From Chromatiales bacterium (GTDB lineage Bacteria > Pseudomonadota > Gammaproteobacteria > SZUA-140), in NCBI GenBank assembly GCA_050486285.1, contig JBJHCZ010000003.1, positions 23,886 to 87,885 of the forward strand: 64,000 bases of DNA, given 5' to 3'. Below the pieces are notes generated by a model. That model saw only the letters and a list, made by a program, of their open reading frames with translations, ran no database searches and was not told where the DNA came from. This document shows, in pieces, positions 40,591 to 50,692 of this stretch. A program made the translations under genes and the position numbers. Position 1 is the stretch's first letter. The number at the start of each line of letters is the position of its first letter.

Positions 40591-41388
40591 TTACGAAAAG
40601 AGACGCTGCAACTCTGCGCCGGGATCCTCCGCGCGCATGAAGGCCTCGCCGACGAGAAAGGCGTGCACACCGGCCCCGCGCAATCTCGCGACGACTTCGC
40701 GCGTATGTATCCCGCTTTCAGTCACGACCCGTCGATCGCCGGGGATCGACGGCAGCAGGTCGAGCGTGGTCTCTATCCGGGTCTCGAAGGTGCGCAGGTT
40801 GCGGTTGTTGATGCCGATCAGAGGCGCGCCGAGGGCCAGCGCGCGATCGAGCTCGTCGGCGTCATGGACCTCGACGAGGACATCGAGCCCGAGGTGCGTC
40901 GCGAGTCCCGCGTACTCGGCGAGCCGGGCGTCGCCGAGCGCGGAAACGATCAGCAATATGCAGTCGGCGCCGAGCGCGCGCGACTCGTAGACCTGCCATG
41001 CATCGACGATGAAATCCTTGCGCAAGACCGGCAGCGCGCAGGCGGCGCGGGCCGCCTGCAGGTGGGCGTCATCGCCCTGGAAGTAGTCGCGGTCGGTCAG
41101 CACCGACAGGCACGCCGCGCCGCCCTGTTCATAGGACGCCGCGATCGCCGCCGGATCGAATGCCTCACGCAGCAGGCCGCGGCTCGGCGACGCGCGCTTG
41201 ATCTCGGCGATGACAGCGGCCTCACCGGCGGCGATCTTTCGTTCCAGCGCGGCAATAAATCCCCGCGGCGCCGGCGCCTGCTCGCAGCGCGCACCCAGGT
41301 CGCGCAGCGGCAGCGCCGCGCTGCGCTCCGCGACCTCCTCGGCCTTGCGCCGCAGGATCCTGCGCAGGATATCGGCTTCCGGATTCAC
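40591..41388 (-). CDS. trpC: Indole-3-glycerol phosphate synthase
   Basis: [34 protein letters not shown] and GINNRNL motifs. Confidence 0.9.
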   Translation of the reverse strand: MNPEADILRRILRRKAEEVAERSAALPLRDLGARCEQAPAPRGFIAALERKIAAGEAAVIAEIKRASPSRGLLREAFDPAAIAASYEQGGAACLSVLTDRDYFQGDDAHLQAARAACALPVLRKDFIVDAWQVYESRALGADCILLIVSALGDARLAEYAGLATHLGLDVLVEVHDADELDRALALGAPLIGINNRNLRTFETRIETTLDLLPSIPGDRRVVTESGIHTREVVARLRGAGVHAFLVGEAFMRAEDPGAELQRLFS

Positions 41389-42401
41389 GGCAGCTTCGAG
41401 ACCCGCGCCAGTTCCTCGAGCCGGACCCGCCCCTCTCCGCCGGCGATGATTTCGCGCGCACGCAATACACCGTCGGCCAGCGTCGCAGCCAGTCCGGCGA
41501 CATGGATCGCCGCGCCCGCGTTCAGCGCGACGATGTCGGCCGCCGGCCCCGGCTCGCCGTCGAGAACGCCGAGCACGATCGCGAGGCTCTGCGCGCTGCT
41601 GTCGACGACGAGCGCATCGCGCGGCGCTGCGACAAGCCCGAACTCCTCCGGCGAGATCGTATAGCGGGCGACGTCTCCGCCCTTCAGCTCCGCGACATGC
41701 GTCGGGCCGGAGATGCTGATCTCATCCATGCCGTCGGCGGCATGCACGACGAGCACATGCCGGCTGCCGAGCTTGCCGAGCACGCGCGCGACCGGCTCCA
41801 GCCACTGATCGCTGAACACGCCGATGACCTGGTTCGGCGCATGCGCCGGATTGGTCAGCGGACCGAGCAGGTTGAACAGCGTGCGCACGCCCATCTCGCG
41901 ACGCGGACCGATGGCGTGCTTCATCGCGCCGTGGTGCTGCGGCGCAAACATGAATCCGACGCCGGCCTCGTCGATGCAGCGCGCAACCTGCTCGGGCGAC
42001 AGATCGAGCCTGACGCCGGCGGCCTCGAGCAGGTCGGCGCTGCCGGAGCTGCTGGAGACCGAGCGGTTACCATGCTTGGCGACGCGGGCGCCGGCCGCTG
42101 CGGCGACAAAGGCGCTCGCGGTCGAGATGTTGAAGGTGCGGGCGCCGTCGCCGCCGGTGCCGCAGGTATCGACGAGGTGCGTCGGGTCGACCTCGACGCG
42201 CGTCGCGAGCTCGCGCATCAGGCGCGCGGCCGCGGCGATCTCGTCGACGGTCTCGCCCTTCATGCGCAGGCCAACCAGAAAGCCGCCGATCTGCGCCGGC
42301 GTCGCCTGGCCGGTCATGATCAGGCGCATCACCGCGGTCATCTCGCTATCGCTGAGATCGCGACGCTCGGTCACCGCCCGTATCGCCGATTGCATGTCCA
42401 T
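41385..42401 (-). CDS. trpD: Anthranilate phosphoribosyltransferase
   Basis: CGTGGDG...[15 protein letters not shown] and KHGNRSVSS motifs. The start could be any of three nearby in-frame codons. Confidence 0.9.
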   Translation of the reverse strand: MDMQSAIRAVTERRDLSDSEMTAVMRLIMTGQATPAQIGGFLVGLRMKGETVDEIAAAARLMRELATRVEVDPTHLVDTCGTGGDGARTFNISTASAFVAAAAGARVAKHGNRSVSSSSGSADLLEAAGVRLDLSPEQVARCIDEAGVGFMFAPQHHGAMKHAIGPRREMGVRTLFNLLGPLTNPAHAPNQVIGVFSDQWLEPVARVLGKLGSRHVLVVHAADGMDEISISGPTHVAELKGGDVARYTISPEEFGLVAAPRDALVVDSSAQSLAIVLGVLDGEPGPAADIVALNAGAAIHVAGLAATLADGVLRAREIIAGGEGRVRLEELARVSKLP

Positions 42402-42417
42402 CACTCACCTGATCCTC

Positions 42418-42450
42418 GGGGTCAGAGTAGACCAAGTCTACTCTGACCCC
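42418..42450. repeat. REP palindrome GGGGTCAGAGTAGAC-CAA-GTCTACTCTGACCCC filling the trpG-trpD intercistronic gap
   Basis: Perfect 15-bp arms. The trpG TAG stop lies inside the right arm. Confidence 0.65.
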
Positions 42451-43025
42451 AAAAAGTTTTTCAGCAGCTGGTGACCGCAGGCGGTCAGGATCGACTCGGG
42501 GTGGAATTGCACGCCCTCGACCGCAAGCTCGCGATGACGCAGGCCCATGATCTCGTCGATGCCGCCGTCGGCGTTCGCGGTCCAGGCCGTGATCTCGAGG
42601 CATTCCGGCAGCGAGGCGCGTTCGACGACCAGCGAATGGTAGCGGGTCGCCTCGAACGGATTCGGCAACCCGCGGAAGACGCCCTCACCGCGGTGATGGA
42701 TCAGCGAGGTCTTGCCGTGCATGATGACGCCGGCATGGACCACGCGGCCGCCATAGACCTGACCGATCGCCTGGTGACCGAGACAGACTCCGAGGATCGG
42801 CATGCGCCCGGCCAGCGCACGAATCACGTCCATCGAGATGCCGGCATCGTCGGGCGTGCCCGGCCCCGGCGAGATCACGATACGCGACGGCGCGAGCCCT
42901 CCGATGCCCTCGAGATCGATCTGGTCGTTGCGCACGACCGTGACTTCCTCGCCGAGCTCGCCGAAATACTGGACGAGGTTCCAGGTGAAGGAGTCGTAAT
43001 TGTCGATCATCAACAACTTGGCCAT
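42438..43025 (-). CDS. trpG: Anthranilate synthase component II (glutamine amidotransferase)
   Basis: Class-I GATase triad region GVCLGHQ...HPES. Confidence 0.9.
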   Translation of the reverse strand: MAKLLMIDNYDSFTWNLVQYFGELGEEVTVVRNDQIDLEGIGGLAPSRIVISPGPGTPDDAGISMDVIRALAGRMPILGVCLGHQAIGQVYGGRVVHAGVIMHGKTSLIHHRGEGVFRGLPNPFEATRYHSLVVERASLPECLEITAWTANADGGIDEIMGLRHRELAVEGVQFHPESILTACGHQLLKNFLGSE

Positions 43026-43044
43026 CGCCCCCGCTCCAGTCCGA

Positions 43045-44520
43045 TCAGCGCAGACCCGCGCCGACCAGGGACACCGCCCGGAACATCGCCCTGCCCTTGT
43101 TCATCGTCTCGTCCCATTCCTTGGCCGGATCGGAATCGGCGACGATGCCGGCGCCGACCTGGATGTGCAGGCGGCCATCGCGGATCACCGCGGTGCGGAT
43201 CGCGATCGCCGTGTCCATATTACCATTCCAGCCGAGGTAGCCGACCGCGCCGGCATAGACCCCGCGCTTGAGCGGCTCGAGCTCGTCGATGATCTCCATC
43301 GCGCGAACCTTCGGCGCGCCGGAGACGGTGCCGGCGGGAAAGGTCGCTCGCAGGACGTCGAGGGCGTTCAGCCCCGGACGCAGGCGCCCGGTCACGTTCG
43401 ACACGATATGCATGACATGGGAGTAACGCTCGATGATCATTCGCTCGGTCAGGCGCACGCTGCCGGTCCTGGCGACCCGGCCGACGTCGTTGCGGCCGAG
43501 ATCGATCAGCATCAGGTGTTCGGCAAGCTCCTTGGGATCGGCGAGCAGTTCCTGTTCGAGGCGCAGATCCTCCGTCTCGTCGGCGCCGCGCGGGCGCGTG
43601 CCCGCGATCGGCCGCACGGTGACGAGATCACCCTCGAGGCGCACGAGGATCTCGGGAGAGGAACCGACGATATGGAAATCGTCGAGGTTCAGATAATACA
43701 TGTACGGCGACGGATTGAGCCGGCGCAGGCCGCGATAGAGGTCGAGCGGCGAGGCCTGGTAAGGGATGCTCAGGCGCTGGGACAACACCACCTGCATCAC
43801 GTCGCCGTCGACAATGTATTCCTTTGCCCGGCGCACCGCGTCCTCGAAGCCCTCGCGGGTGAACTCCGACACGAAGTCCTGCTCATCGACGGCAAAGGTC
43901 GGCGGCGGCGCGCGGCGATGGCTGACAGCGCCATCGATCGCCGCCTCGAGTTCGTCCAGTTTCCGCTCGGCGCCGGCCAGCGCATCCGCTTCGCCGGGAT
44001 CCGCGTGGACGATGAGATAGAGGCGGCTGCGCAGGTTGTCGTAGACGACGACCTGGTCGCTGACCATCAACAGGATGTCTGGCGTGCCGAGCGCATCGGG
44101 ATTCGGGCACAGCGCAAGGCGCGGCTCGATGTAGCGCACCGTATCGTAGGCGAAGTAGCCGACCAGTCCGCCGGAAAACCGGGGCAAGCCGTCGATATCG
44201 GGGATCCGGTAGCGCGCGCGGAATGCCTCGATCCATGCCAGCGGATCATCGCTCTCCTCCCGACCGGTTTCGCGGCCATCGGTCAGCGTGGTGATGACGT
44301 TAGCGGAGATCCGGATCACGGTGCGGCAAGGCAGGCCGATGATCGAGTAGCGCCCCCATTTCTCGCCGCCCTGGACGGACTCGAACAGATAACTGTAGGG
44401 CCGGTCGGCGAGCTTCAGATAGATACTGAGCGGCGTATCGAGATCGGCGGAGACTTCGCGCAAGACCGGGATGCGGTTATAGCCCCCGGCGCGCAGCGAA
44501 GCGAATGTCTCAGGCGTCAT
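43045..44520 (-). CDS. trpE: Anthranilate synthase component I
   Basis: Start [19 protein letters not shown]. Chorismate-binding domain ([17 protein letters not shown]). Confidence 0.9.
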   Translation of the reverse strand: MTPETFASLRAGGYNRIPVLREVSADLDTPLSIYLKLADRPYSYLFESVQGGEKWGRYSIIGLPCRTVIRISANVITTLTDGRETGREESDDPLAWIEAFRARYRIPDIDGLPRFSGGLVGYFAYDTVRYIEPRLALCPNPDALGTPDILLMVSDQVVVYDNLRSRLYLIVHADPGEADALAGAERKLDELEAAIDGAVSHRRAPPPTFAVDEQDFVSEFTREGFEDAVRRAKEYIVDGDVMQVVLSQRLSIPYQASPLDLYRGLRRLNPSPYMYYLNLDDFHIVGSSPEILVRLEGDLVTVRPIAGTRPRGADETEDLRLEQELLADPKELAEHLMLIDLGRNDVGRVARTGSVRLTERMIIERYSHVMHIVSNVTGRLRPGLNALDVLRATFPAGTVSGAPKVRAMEIIDELEPLKRGVYAGAVGYLGWNGNMDTAIAIRTAVIRDGRLHIQVGAGIVADSDPAKEWDETMNKGRAMFRAVSLVGAGLR

Positions 44521-45244
44521 GGCCCGTGCGGCGGCGGTGCTTTGCGAGACCGCCCGCATCGATCAGCCCCGGCAGATCCGCGAGTGAATCGATGACCGCG
44601 TCGGGTCGGGCGTCGCGGATGTCGTGGCCGTGATTGTAGCCGTAGGGGACGCAAACGATCGTGAACCCCGCGGCGCGCGCGGCCTTCACGTCGTTGACCG
44701 AATCGCCGACCATCAGCGCATCACCGGGTGCGACGCCGAAGAACCCAGCGGCGTGCAGCAGGGGCATCGGGTCCGGCTTCTGCTTCGGCAGGCGATCGCC
44801 GCTGACCACGATGCCGAAATAGCGGGTCAGGTCGAGCGCATCGAGCAACGGCTCGGTGAAGCGGGCCGGCTTGTTGGTGACGCAACCGAGCGGGTAGCCG
44901 GCCCGGCTCAGCGCATCGAGCCCCTCGCGGACGCCCGGGTACGGGCGGCTGTGGGCACAGACATTGGCCTCGTAGACCTCGAGAAATACCGGGTAGGCCT
45001 TATTGAACAGGGCCTCGTCGGGTTCGCCGTCGACGGCATTGATCAGCGCCCGTCGCACCAGACGCTCGGCGCCGTTGCCGATCCATTCGCGCACGCTGGC
45101 CTCCCCGCGCGGCGGCATGCCGATGCGCTCCATCATCACGTCGACGGCATGGGCCAGGTCGGGGACGGTATCGATCAGCGTGCCGTCGAGGTCGATCAGT
45201 ATCATCCCGGGTCGCGTCGCGGTGGCCCTGACGGGTTCGTTCAA
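44510..45244 (-). CDS. gph: Phosphoglycolate phosphatase (HAD superfamily)
   Basis: DLDGTLIDT motif I and [14 protein letters not shown] motif IV. The start may be 39 nt later at MILIDLDG. Confidence 0.75.
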   Translation of the reverse strand: MNEPVRATATRPGMILIDLDGTLIDTVPDLAHAVDVMMERIGMPPRGEASVREWIGNGAERLVRRALINAVDGEPDEALFNKAYPVFLEVYEANVCAHSRPYPGVREGLDALSRAGYPLGCVTNKPARFTEPLLDALDLTRYFGIVVSGDRLPKQKPDPMPLLHAAGFFGVAPGDALMVGDSVNDVKAARAAGFTIVCVPYGYNHGHDIRDARPDAVIDSLADLPGLIDAGGLAKHRRRTGHDA

Positions 45245-45258
45245 GGCGTTCTCCCCGC

Positions 45259-45933
45259 TCAGGACCGGGCCCTGGCCAGTTCGGCGCGCATCGCGTCGAT
45301 CGTGGCCTTGTAATCGGGGGTACTGAAGATCGCCGAGCCGGCGACGAAGGTGTCGGCGCCGGCCTCGGCGATCGCGCGGATATTGTCGACCTTGACGCCG
45401 CCGTCGATCTCGAGGCGGATGTTGCGCCCGCTCTCGTCGATGATCCTGCGCGCCTCGCGCAGCTTGTCGAGCGCGGACATGATGAAGCTCTGTCCGCCGA
45501 AGCCGGGGTTGACCGACATCAGCAGCACCATGTCGACCTTGTCGAGGACATACTTCAGGTAATCGAGCGGCGTCGCCGGATTGAACACCAGGCCGGACTT
45601 GCAGCCGTTGTCGCGAATCAGTTGAAGGCTGCGATCGACATGCTCGCTGGCCTCGGGATGGAAGGTGATGTAGTTCGCGCCGGCCTTCGCGAAGTCCGGA
45701 ATGATGCGGTCGACCGGCTTGACCATCAGGTGGACGTCGATCTCGGCCTTGACGCCGTGCTTGCGCAGCGCCTCGCAGACCAGCGGCCCGATCGTCAGGT
45801 TCGGGACATAATGGTTGTCCATGACGTCGAAATGGATGATATCGGCGCCGGCCGCGAGGACCGTGGTGACCTCTTCACCGAGGCGGGCAAAATCCGCCGA
45901 CAGGATCGACGGCGCAATGTAATAGCTGTTCAT
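45259..45933 (-). CDS. rpe: Ribulose-phosphate 3-epimerase
   Basis: [21 protein letters not shown]...[14 protein letters not shown]. Start chosen by GGAG spacing. Confidence 0.9.
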   Translation of the reverse strand: MNSYYIAPSILSADFARLGEEVTTVLAAGADIIHFDVMDNHYVPNLTIGPLVCEALRKHGVKAEIDVHLMVKPVDRIIPDFAKAGANYITFHPEASEHVDRSLQLIRDNGCKSGLVFNPATPLDYLKYVLDKVDMVLLMSVNPGFGGQSFIMSALDKLREARRIIDESGRNIRLEIDGGVKVDNIRAIAEAGADTFVAGSAIFSTPDYKATIDAMRAELARARS

Positions 45934-46116
45934 TCTCATGCTCCAGGGGCTGTTCGATGATGCCGGCAAACGGCGGCCGCCGGCGGCGCATAGGCGATGC
46001 CGCGGGACAATCCCGCCACTTTACCCGATAAGACGACGTATTTCACGGGACCGTCCCCCGGCGGCGCCGGGGGACGGGAATCGGACTGCCCGGCGGCGAA
46101 CGCCGCCGGGACGGGT

Positions 46117-47184
46117 TCAGCCGGTGCGATCCGTCGCCGCTGCCTGCTTCGAGGACGGATGGATCAGGCCGTACTTGACCAGGGTGCGCGACATCACGAA
46201 CCAGCACACGCCGATGGTGGCCAATACGACGATGACGTCGAACATGCCCGTCATCGGCAGGCGATAGTACTCGCTGCTGACCGAGCCCGCGATCCAGGTG
46301 TAGCGCTCGAGGAAGGTGCCGAACACGATCAGACAGGCGAGCGCGGTGATCAGCGCCGGGTTCTGCCGGGTCGGGGCCATCACCAGGAATACGAACGGTA
46401 TCGTGAACTTGCAGACCACGAAGGTCCAGAACACAGGTCCGAGGCCTTCGTACATCATCGCGCTGAAGCGCTCGGTCTCTTCCGGGATGCGGCCGTACCA
46501 CATGATCAGGTACTGCGTGAAGAACAGGTAGGTCCACAGGATCGTCATCGCCAGCAGCAACTGGGCCATATAGTTGAAGATATACGGCTTGAACGGCTGC
46601 ACCAGCCTGCCCGAGCGATGCAGGAAGAACAGGAAGATCGTGAAGAACGCCAGGTACATGTGGAACATGCTCTGGAAATGGTGGGCGCCGTAGCTCGAGC
46701 TGTGCCAGTTCGGCACCATCGTCATTTCATAGTCCCAGCCCATCATCGTCCCGTAACCGAAGTAGACGAACGGGATGAACAGCGCGATGTTGCGGAAGCG
46801 GCGCTGGACCTGGTAGGAGCTGTCGATCTCGCTGAGGCGCTGATACTTGATGAACAGGCCGGCGAGGAGCGCGACGAACAGGAAGCCGCCGATCTGGCGC
46901 GCGATCAGGAACGTGGTGTCGTGCCAGCCGGGCATGTAGCCGTCGGGATAATCCTTCTGCATCCACTGGAAGGTCGCTTCGTGATTGACCATCAGGATCA
47001 GCAGCATCACGCCCGCGACCGGGAACAGCGCCGCGGTCGAAACCGCGAGATTCCTGATCTGGAAGCGCCACTTGGCGTTGCAGAGGTGCAACACCGAGGC
47101 CAGGACGACGCCAGCGAGCGCAATGTAGGTGACGATCAGGAAACTGACCGTCAGAACCGACCAACTGCCGAAACTTGATATCAT
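46117..47184 (-). CDS. actF: Alternative Complex III subunit ActF (NrfD-like membrane subunit)
   Basis: 355-aa polytopic membrane protein, paralogous to ActC. Last gene of the act operon. Confidence 0.8.
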   Translation of the reverse strand: MISSFGSWSVLTVSFLIVTYIALAGVVLASVLHLCNAKWRFQIRNLAVSTAALFPVAGVMLLILMVNHEATFQWMQKDYPDGYMPGWHDTTFLIARQIGGFLFVALLAGLFIKYQRLSEIDSSYQVQRRFRNIALFIPFVYFGYGTMMGWDYEMTMVPNWHSSSYGAHHFQSMFHMYLAFFTIFLFFLHRSGRLVQPFKPYIFNYMAQLLLAMTILWTYLFFTQYLIMWYGRIPEETERFSAMMYEGLGPVFWTFVVCKFTIPFVFLVMAPTRQNPALITALACLIVFGTFLERYTWIAGSVSSEYYRLPMTGMFDVIVVLATIGVCWFVMSRTLVKYGLIHPSSKQAAATDRTG

Positions 47185-47226
47185 CGTTCTTCTAGCCTCT
47201 CGTAAGCTCCGTCGGACAGTCCGACC

Positions 47227-47811
47227 TTAACGCGCCTGGCCCGCGTCCGCGGACCGCGTGGCAAGTTCCTCGGCTTCCTTCATCATCGCATTCCTGACGT
47301 AATTCACGACGTGCCAGCGTTCCTTGACCGACAGGTCGTTCGAACCGCGGCGATCGGCGCGCGAGCTCGGAATGCCGTAGGCCGGCATCAGCGCGCTGCC
47401 GAAGGTGATCGTGCCGAAGATCCAGCCTTCGGTCAGAAAGTCCTGCACGTAGGAATCGACCAGCGGGATCGCACCGATCTTCATGCCGACCTGGGCGCCG
47501 CCGGCGCCGGCGCGGCCATGACAGACGGCGCAGTAGACCTTGAACAGCATGCGCCCCTCGGCGATCGAGTCAGCGTCGTTGGCGCTGAACGGGTTCTTCA
47601 GTTCGCGCGTTTCCTCGCGGTTCCGGTACTCGGTCGGAATACCGGTGACCGGTACTGAACGCGCCGGGAACGGCATCATCGCGCCGTCCCGCACCGGGTG
47701 CTGGGGCTCGATGGCGGGCTGGTCGGCCATGTCGATCGACCAGGGCCAGGCCCAGGCGACCATCGGGACGAGCAGCAGGACGACTGCCAGCGGGTGCTTC
47801 ATCACTCTCAT
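47227..47811 (-). CDS. actE: Alternative Complex III monoheme cytochrome c ActE
   Basis: Signal peptide and a single CAVCH motif. Confidence 0.8.
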   Translation of the reverse strand: MRVMKHPLAVVLLLVPMVAWAWPWSIDMADQPAIEPQHPVRDGAMMPFPARSVPVTGIPTEYRNREETRELKNPFSANDADSIAEGRMLFKVYCAVCHGRAGAGGAQVGMKIGAIPLVDSYVQDFLTEGWIFGTITFGSALMPAYGIPSSRADRRGSNDLSVKERWHVVNYVRNAMMKEAEELATRSADAGQAR

Positions 47812-48335
47812 GACCTTGCCTCTTCCCTGATCTCGACCGCCAGGTGTTCGTTGAACAGCTTCTTGACCGGCTCGATGTACTTCTCCTCGAGCTCGAGTTC
47901 GAGGCCGACCTGGTCGAGCGTGACCTTCTCGCTGTACATGCCGCGGCGGCGGCGCAGCAACCGGCCGCAGATCATCAGGCCGGCGAGCGTGAACAGCACG
48001 CCGCCCATGATCATCATCTCGTAGGTCAGCACGATGTTGGACGGGATCGGCACCACCGGCTTGCCGCCCTGCGGCTGTACCAGGAACGAGGCCTGGGAGC
48101 TGGCGAGAAAGGTAAAGCCGAAACAGATCCCGAACAACGCGCCGGTCAGCGTAAAGTACGGCACCTTGGTGCCGCGATCGCCGAGCACCTCGTCGATGCG
48201 CGGATGCTCGATCGGCGAAATCACGGTGACGTCGTCGACGGTGACCCCCGGAACCTTGTACTGCTTGAGGTCGCCGATAACGGCGAACGCATCATCGAAG
48301 TTGCTGAACAGTCCCAGCATGCGTCTCTTCTTCAT
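47808..48335 (-). CDS. actD: Alternative Complex III subunit ActD (DUF3341)
   Basis: 175 aa with two TM helices. Position between actC and actE. Confidence 0.75.
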   Translation of the reverse strand: MKKRRMLGLFSNFDDAFAVIGDLKQYKVPGVTVDDVTVISPIEHPRIDEVLGDRGTKVPYFTLTGALFGICFGFTFLASSQASFLVQPQGGKPVVPIPSNIVLTYEMMIMGGVLFTLAGLMICGRLLRRRRGMYSEKVTLDQVGLELELEEKYIEPVKKLFNEHLAVEIREEARS

Positions 48336-48337
48336 GA

Positions 48338-49783
48338 CTATGCCCCTTCCAGACCAGGTTTGCCGGCGGCCCGCGCGTCACGCTGGTGCATGACCGGCGC
48401 AATCGACTTGTTCGCAAGATGCCTGCGGTGGTAGATCATCTCCTTGACCTCGTACATCGAGACCGACGGGATCAACTTGACGAAGATCAGGAACAGCAGG
48501 CCGAACCAGCCGAAGCTGCCCGCGACGATGAACCACTGGACCCAGCTCGGCCACAGCACGTCGAAGGCGATCGGGTGATAGCCCTGCGAGACCGTCGGCG
48601 AGACGATCATCCAGCGCTCGAGCCACATGCCGTAGTTCAGCAGGATCGACACGACGAACATGATCGACAGGCTGCGGCGCACCTTCTCGAAGGCCATGAT
48701 GAACGGCAGCATGGCGCCGCAGAACAGCATTTGCCAGAACCAGATCGCGTACGGTCCACCCCAGAGCTTCGACTTCAGCAACTCCTTGTCGACCTCGTTA
48801 TGGCCGTACCAGACCGCGGCGAACTCGACCAGGGTCAGGTAGGTCCATACCATCGCGATTGCGAAGGTCAGCTTGCAGGTCTTGTCGAGGATCGAGATCG
48901 TCATGTAATCCTCGAAGCGGAAGTAGTAGCGCAGCAGCACGAACAGCGTGATGATGCCGGCGCAGCCCGAGTACAGGGCGCCCGCGACGAAGTACGGCGG
49001 GAAGCTGGTGATGTGCCAGCCGGGCATGATCGACATCGCGAAGTCGGACGACACGATCGAGTGCACCGACACCGCCAGCGGGATCAGGAAGCAGGCCATG
49101 ATCATGTAGGCCTTGCGGAAGCTGCGCCACTGGCGGTCGTCGCCGCGCCAGCCGAGCGCGAGCACCGTGTACAGCTTCTTGCGCCAGCCGCGGGCGGAGT
49201 CACGCACGATCGCGAGATCGGGCACCGAACCGACGAACAGGAACAGGGACGACGCGGTCAGATACGTAAAGATCGCGAAGGCGTCCCACAGCAGCGGCGA
49301 ACGGAAGTTCGGCCAGATGCCGCGGTCGCTGAAGTACGGCAGCACCCAGTACATGTTCCAGATACGGCCGAGGTGGATGACCGGGAACAGCATCGCGGTC
49401 ATCAGCGTGAAGGTCGTCATCGCCTCGGCGAAGCGGTAGATCGGCTTGCGCCAGTCGGCATGGGTGATATGCAGGATCGCCGACAGCAGCGTTCCCGAGT
49501 GGCTCATGCCGATCCAGAAGATGAAGGTCGCGATGTACAGGCCCCACATCTGCGGCCAGTTCAGGTTGGCGGTGCCGAGGCCATAGCGGTACTGGTGGAT
49601 TTCGGCGATCACCGCGAGCGAAAGCAGCCCGAGACAGATGGCGATCGAGATCCAGTAGCCCATCCGCGGATTCTCCATCGAGCGGAGGACATCCTCGTTG
49701 ATCTTGGCCCACTTGATGTCTTCGTCGATGTCGCGCTGGTATTCGGCGGGAAGCGAATGAGAGCTGCTGGTGGTCATTGTCAT
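48338..49783 (-). CDS. actC: Alternative Complex III quinol-binding membrane subunit ActC (NrfD/PsrC family)
   Basis: 481-aa polytopic protein following the Fe-S subunit. Confidence 0.85.
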   Translation of the reverse strand: MTMTTSSSHSLPAEYQRDIDEDIKWAKINEDVLRSMENPRMGYWISIAICLGLLSLAVIAEIHQYRYGLGTANLNWPQMWGLYIATFIFWIGMSHSGTLLSAILHITHADWRKPIYRFAEAMTTFTLMTAMLFPVIHLGRIWNMYWVLPYFSDRGIWPNFRSPLLWDAFAIFTYLTASSLFLFVGSVPDLAIVRDSARGWRKKLYTVLALGWRGDDRQWRSFRKAYMIMACFLIPLAVSVHSIVSSDFAMSIMPGWHITSFPPYFVAGALYSGCAGIITLFVLLRYYFRFEDYMTISILDKTCKLTFAIAMVWTYLTLVEFAAVWYGHNEVDKELLKSKLWGGPYAIWFWQMLFCGAMLPFIMAFEKVRRSLSIMFVVSILLNYGMWLERWMIVSPTVSQGYHPIAFDVLWPSWVQWFIVAGSFGWFGLLFLIFVKLIPSVSMYEVKEMIYHRRHLANKSIAPVMHQRDARAAGKPGLEGA

Positions 49784-49822
49784 GGCCGCATCCGTTGTTT
49801 ACAGACTAATTGTTATCCGGGA

Positions 49823-50692
49823 TCAGACTTCGCGAACCCGCTCCAGGAACATCACGCACGGATCGGTGTTCAGGCTCTCGAACACCCGGTATCCGCGCAT
49901 CTCCGGATCCTGTTTCCTCTGCCTGGTGACGCCAAGCTCGACCTGGTGCTTGCGCCACAGCTTCGCGACCTCGGTCTCACCGACGCCGCCGCCCGGCGTA
50001 TGCAGGGTCAGCAGGTCGCCGAACAGGATCGCCGAGGTCGGACAGGTCTGCGCGCAGGCGGTGGTGAACTCACCGTCGCGCACCTTGCGGTTTTCCTTCT
50101 GGGCCTTGTCCTTCGCGGAACGGATGCGCTGCACGCAGAAGGTGCACTTCTCCATGACGCCCTTGTCGCGCACGGTCAGGTCCGGGTTCAGCTGCATGTG
50201 CAGTGGCGCCGCCCAGTTCTCGTAATACGAGAAGAAGTTGAAGTAGCGCAGGCGGTACGGGCAGTTGTTCGAGCAGTAACGCGAACCGATGCAGCGGTTG
50301 TAGACCTGGGCGTTGAGGCCGTCCGGGGTGTGGTAGGTCGCGGCCACCGGGCAGACCGGCTCGCAGGTCGCGGCGTTGCAGTTCTGGCAGTTCATCGGCA
50401 GGAAGCTGGCGCCGTGATGCTGGTACTCGGCCACCCGGTCTTCACCCAGTTCCGGCTCGTCCCAGTAGCGCTCGATGCGCATCCAGTGCATCGCATGACC
50501 GGTGCTGAAACGTTCCTTGCCGACCACGGCGAGATTGTTCTCGGCATAGCAGGCGGTGACGCAGGCGCTGCAGCCGTTGCACTTGTTGAGGTCGATGACC
50601 ATCCCCCACATGTGCTCGTAATCGTGGTGGCCCCCTTCTTCCAGCCCCTTGCGGTAGCTGGACCAGTCATTCAGAAGGTTCTGTATGGACAT
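49823..50692 (-). CDS. actB: Alternative Complex III Fe-S subunit ActB2 (4Fe-4S ferredoxin-type, PsrB/NrfC-like)
   Basis: Multiple Cys clusters: CNGCSACVTAC, CQNCNAATCEPVCP, CIGSRYCSNNCP, CTFC...CPT. Confidence 0.85.
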   Translation of the reverse strand: MSIQNLLNDWSSYRKGLEEGGHHDYEHMWGMVIDLNKCNGCSACVTACYAENNLAVVGKERFSTGHAMHWMRIERYWDEPELGEDRVAEYQHHGASFLPMNCQNCNAATCEPVCPVAATYHTPDGLNAQVYNRCIGSRYCSNNCPYRLRYFNFFSYYENWAAPLHMQLNPDLTVRDKGVMEKCTFCVQRIRSAKDKAQKENRKVRDGEFTTACAQTCPTSAILFGDLLTLHTPGGGVGETEVAKLWRKHQVELGVTRQRKQDPEMRGYRVFESLNTDPCVMFLERVREV

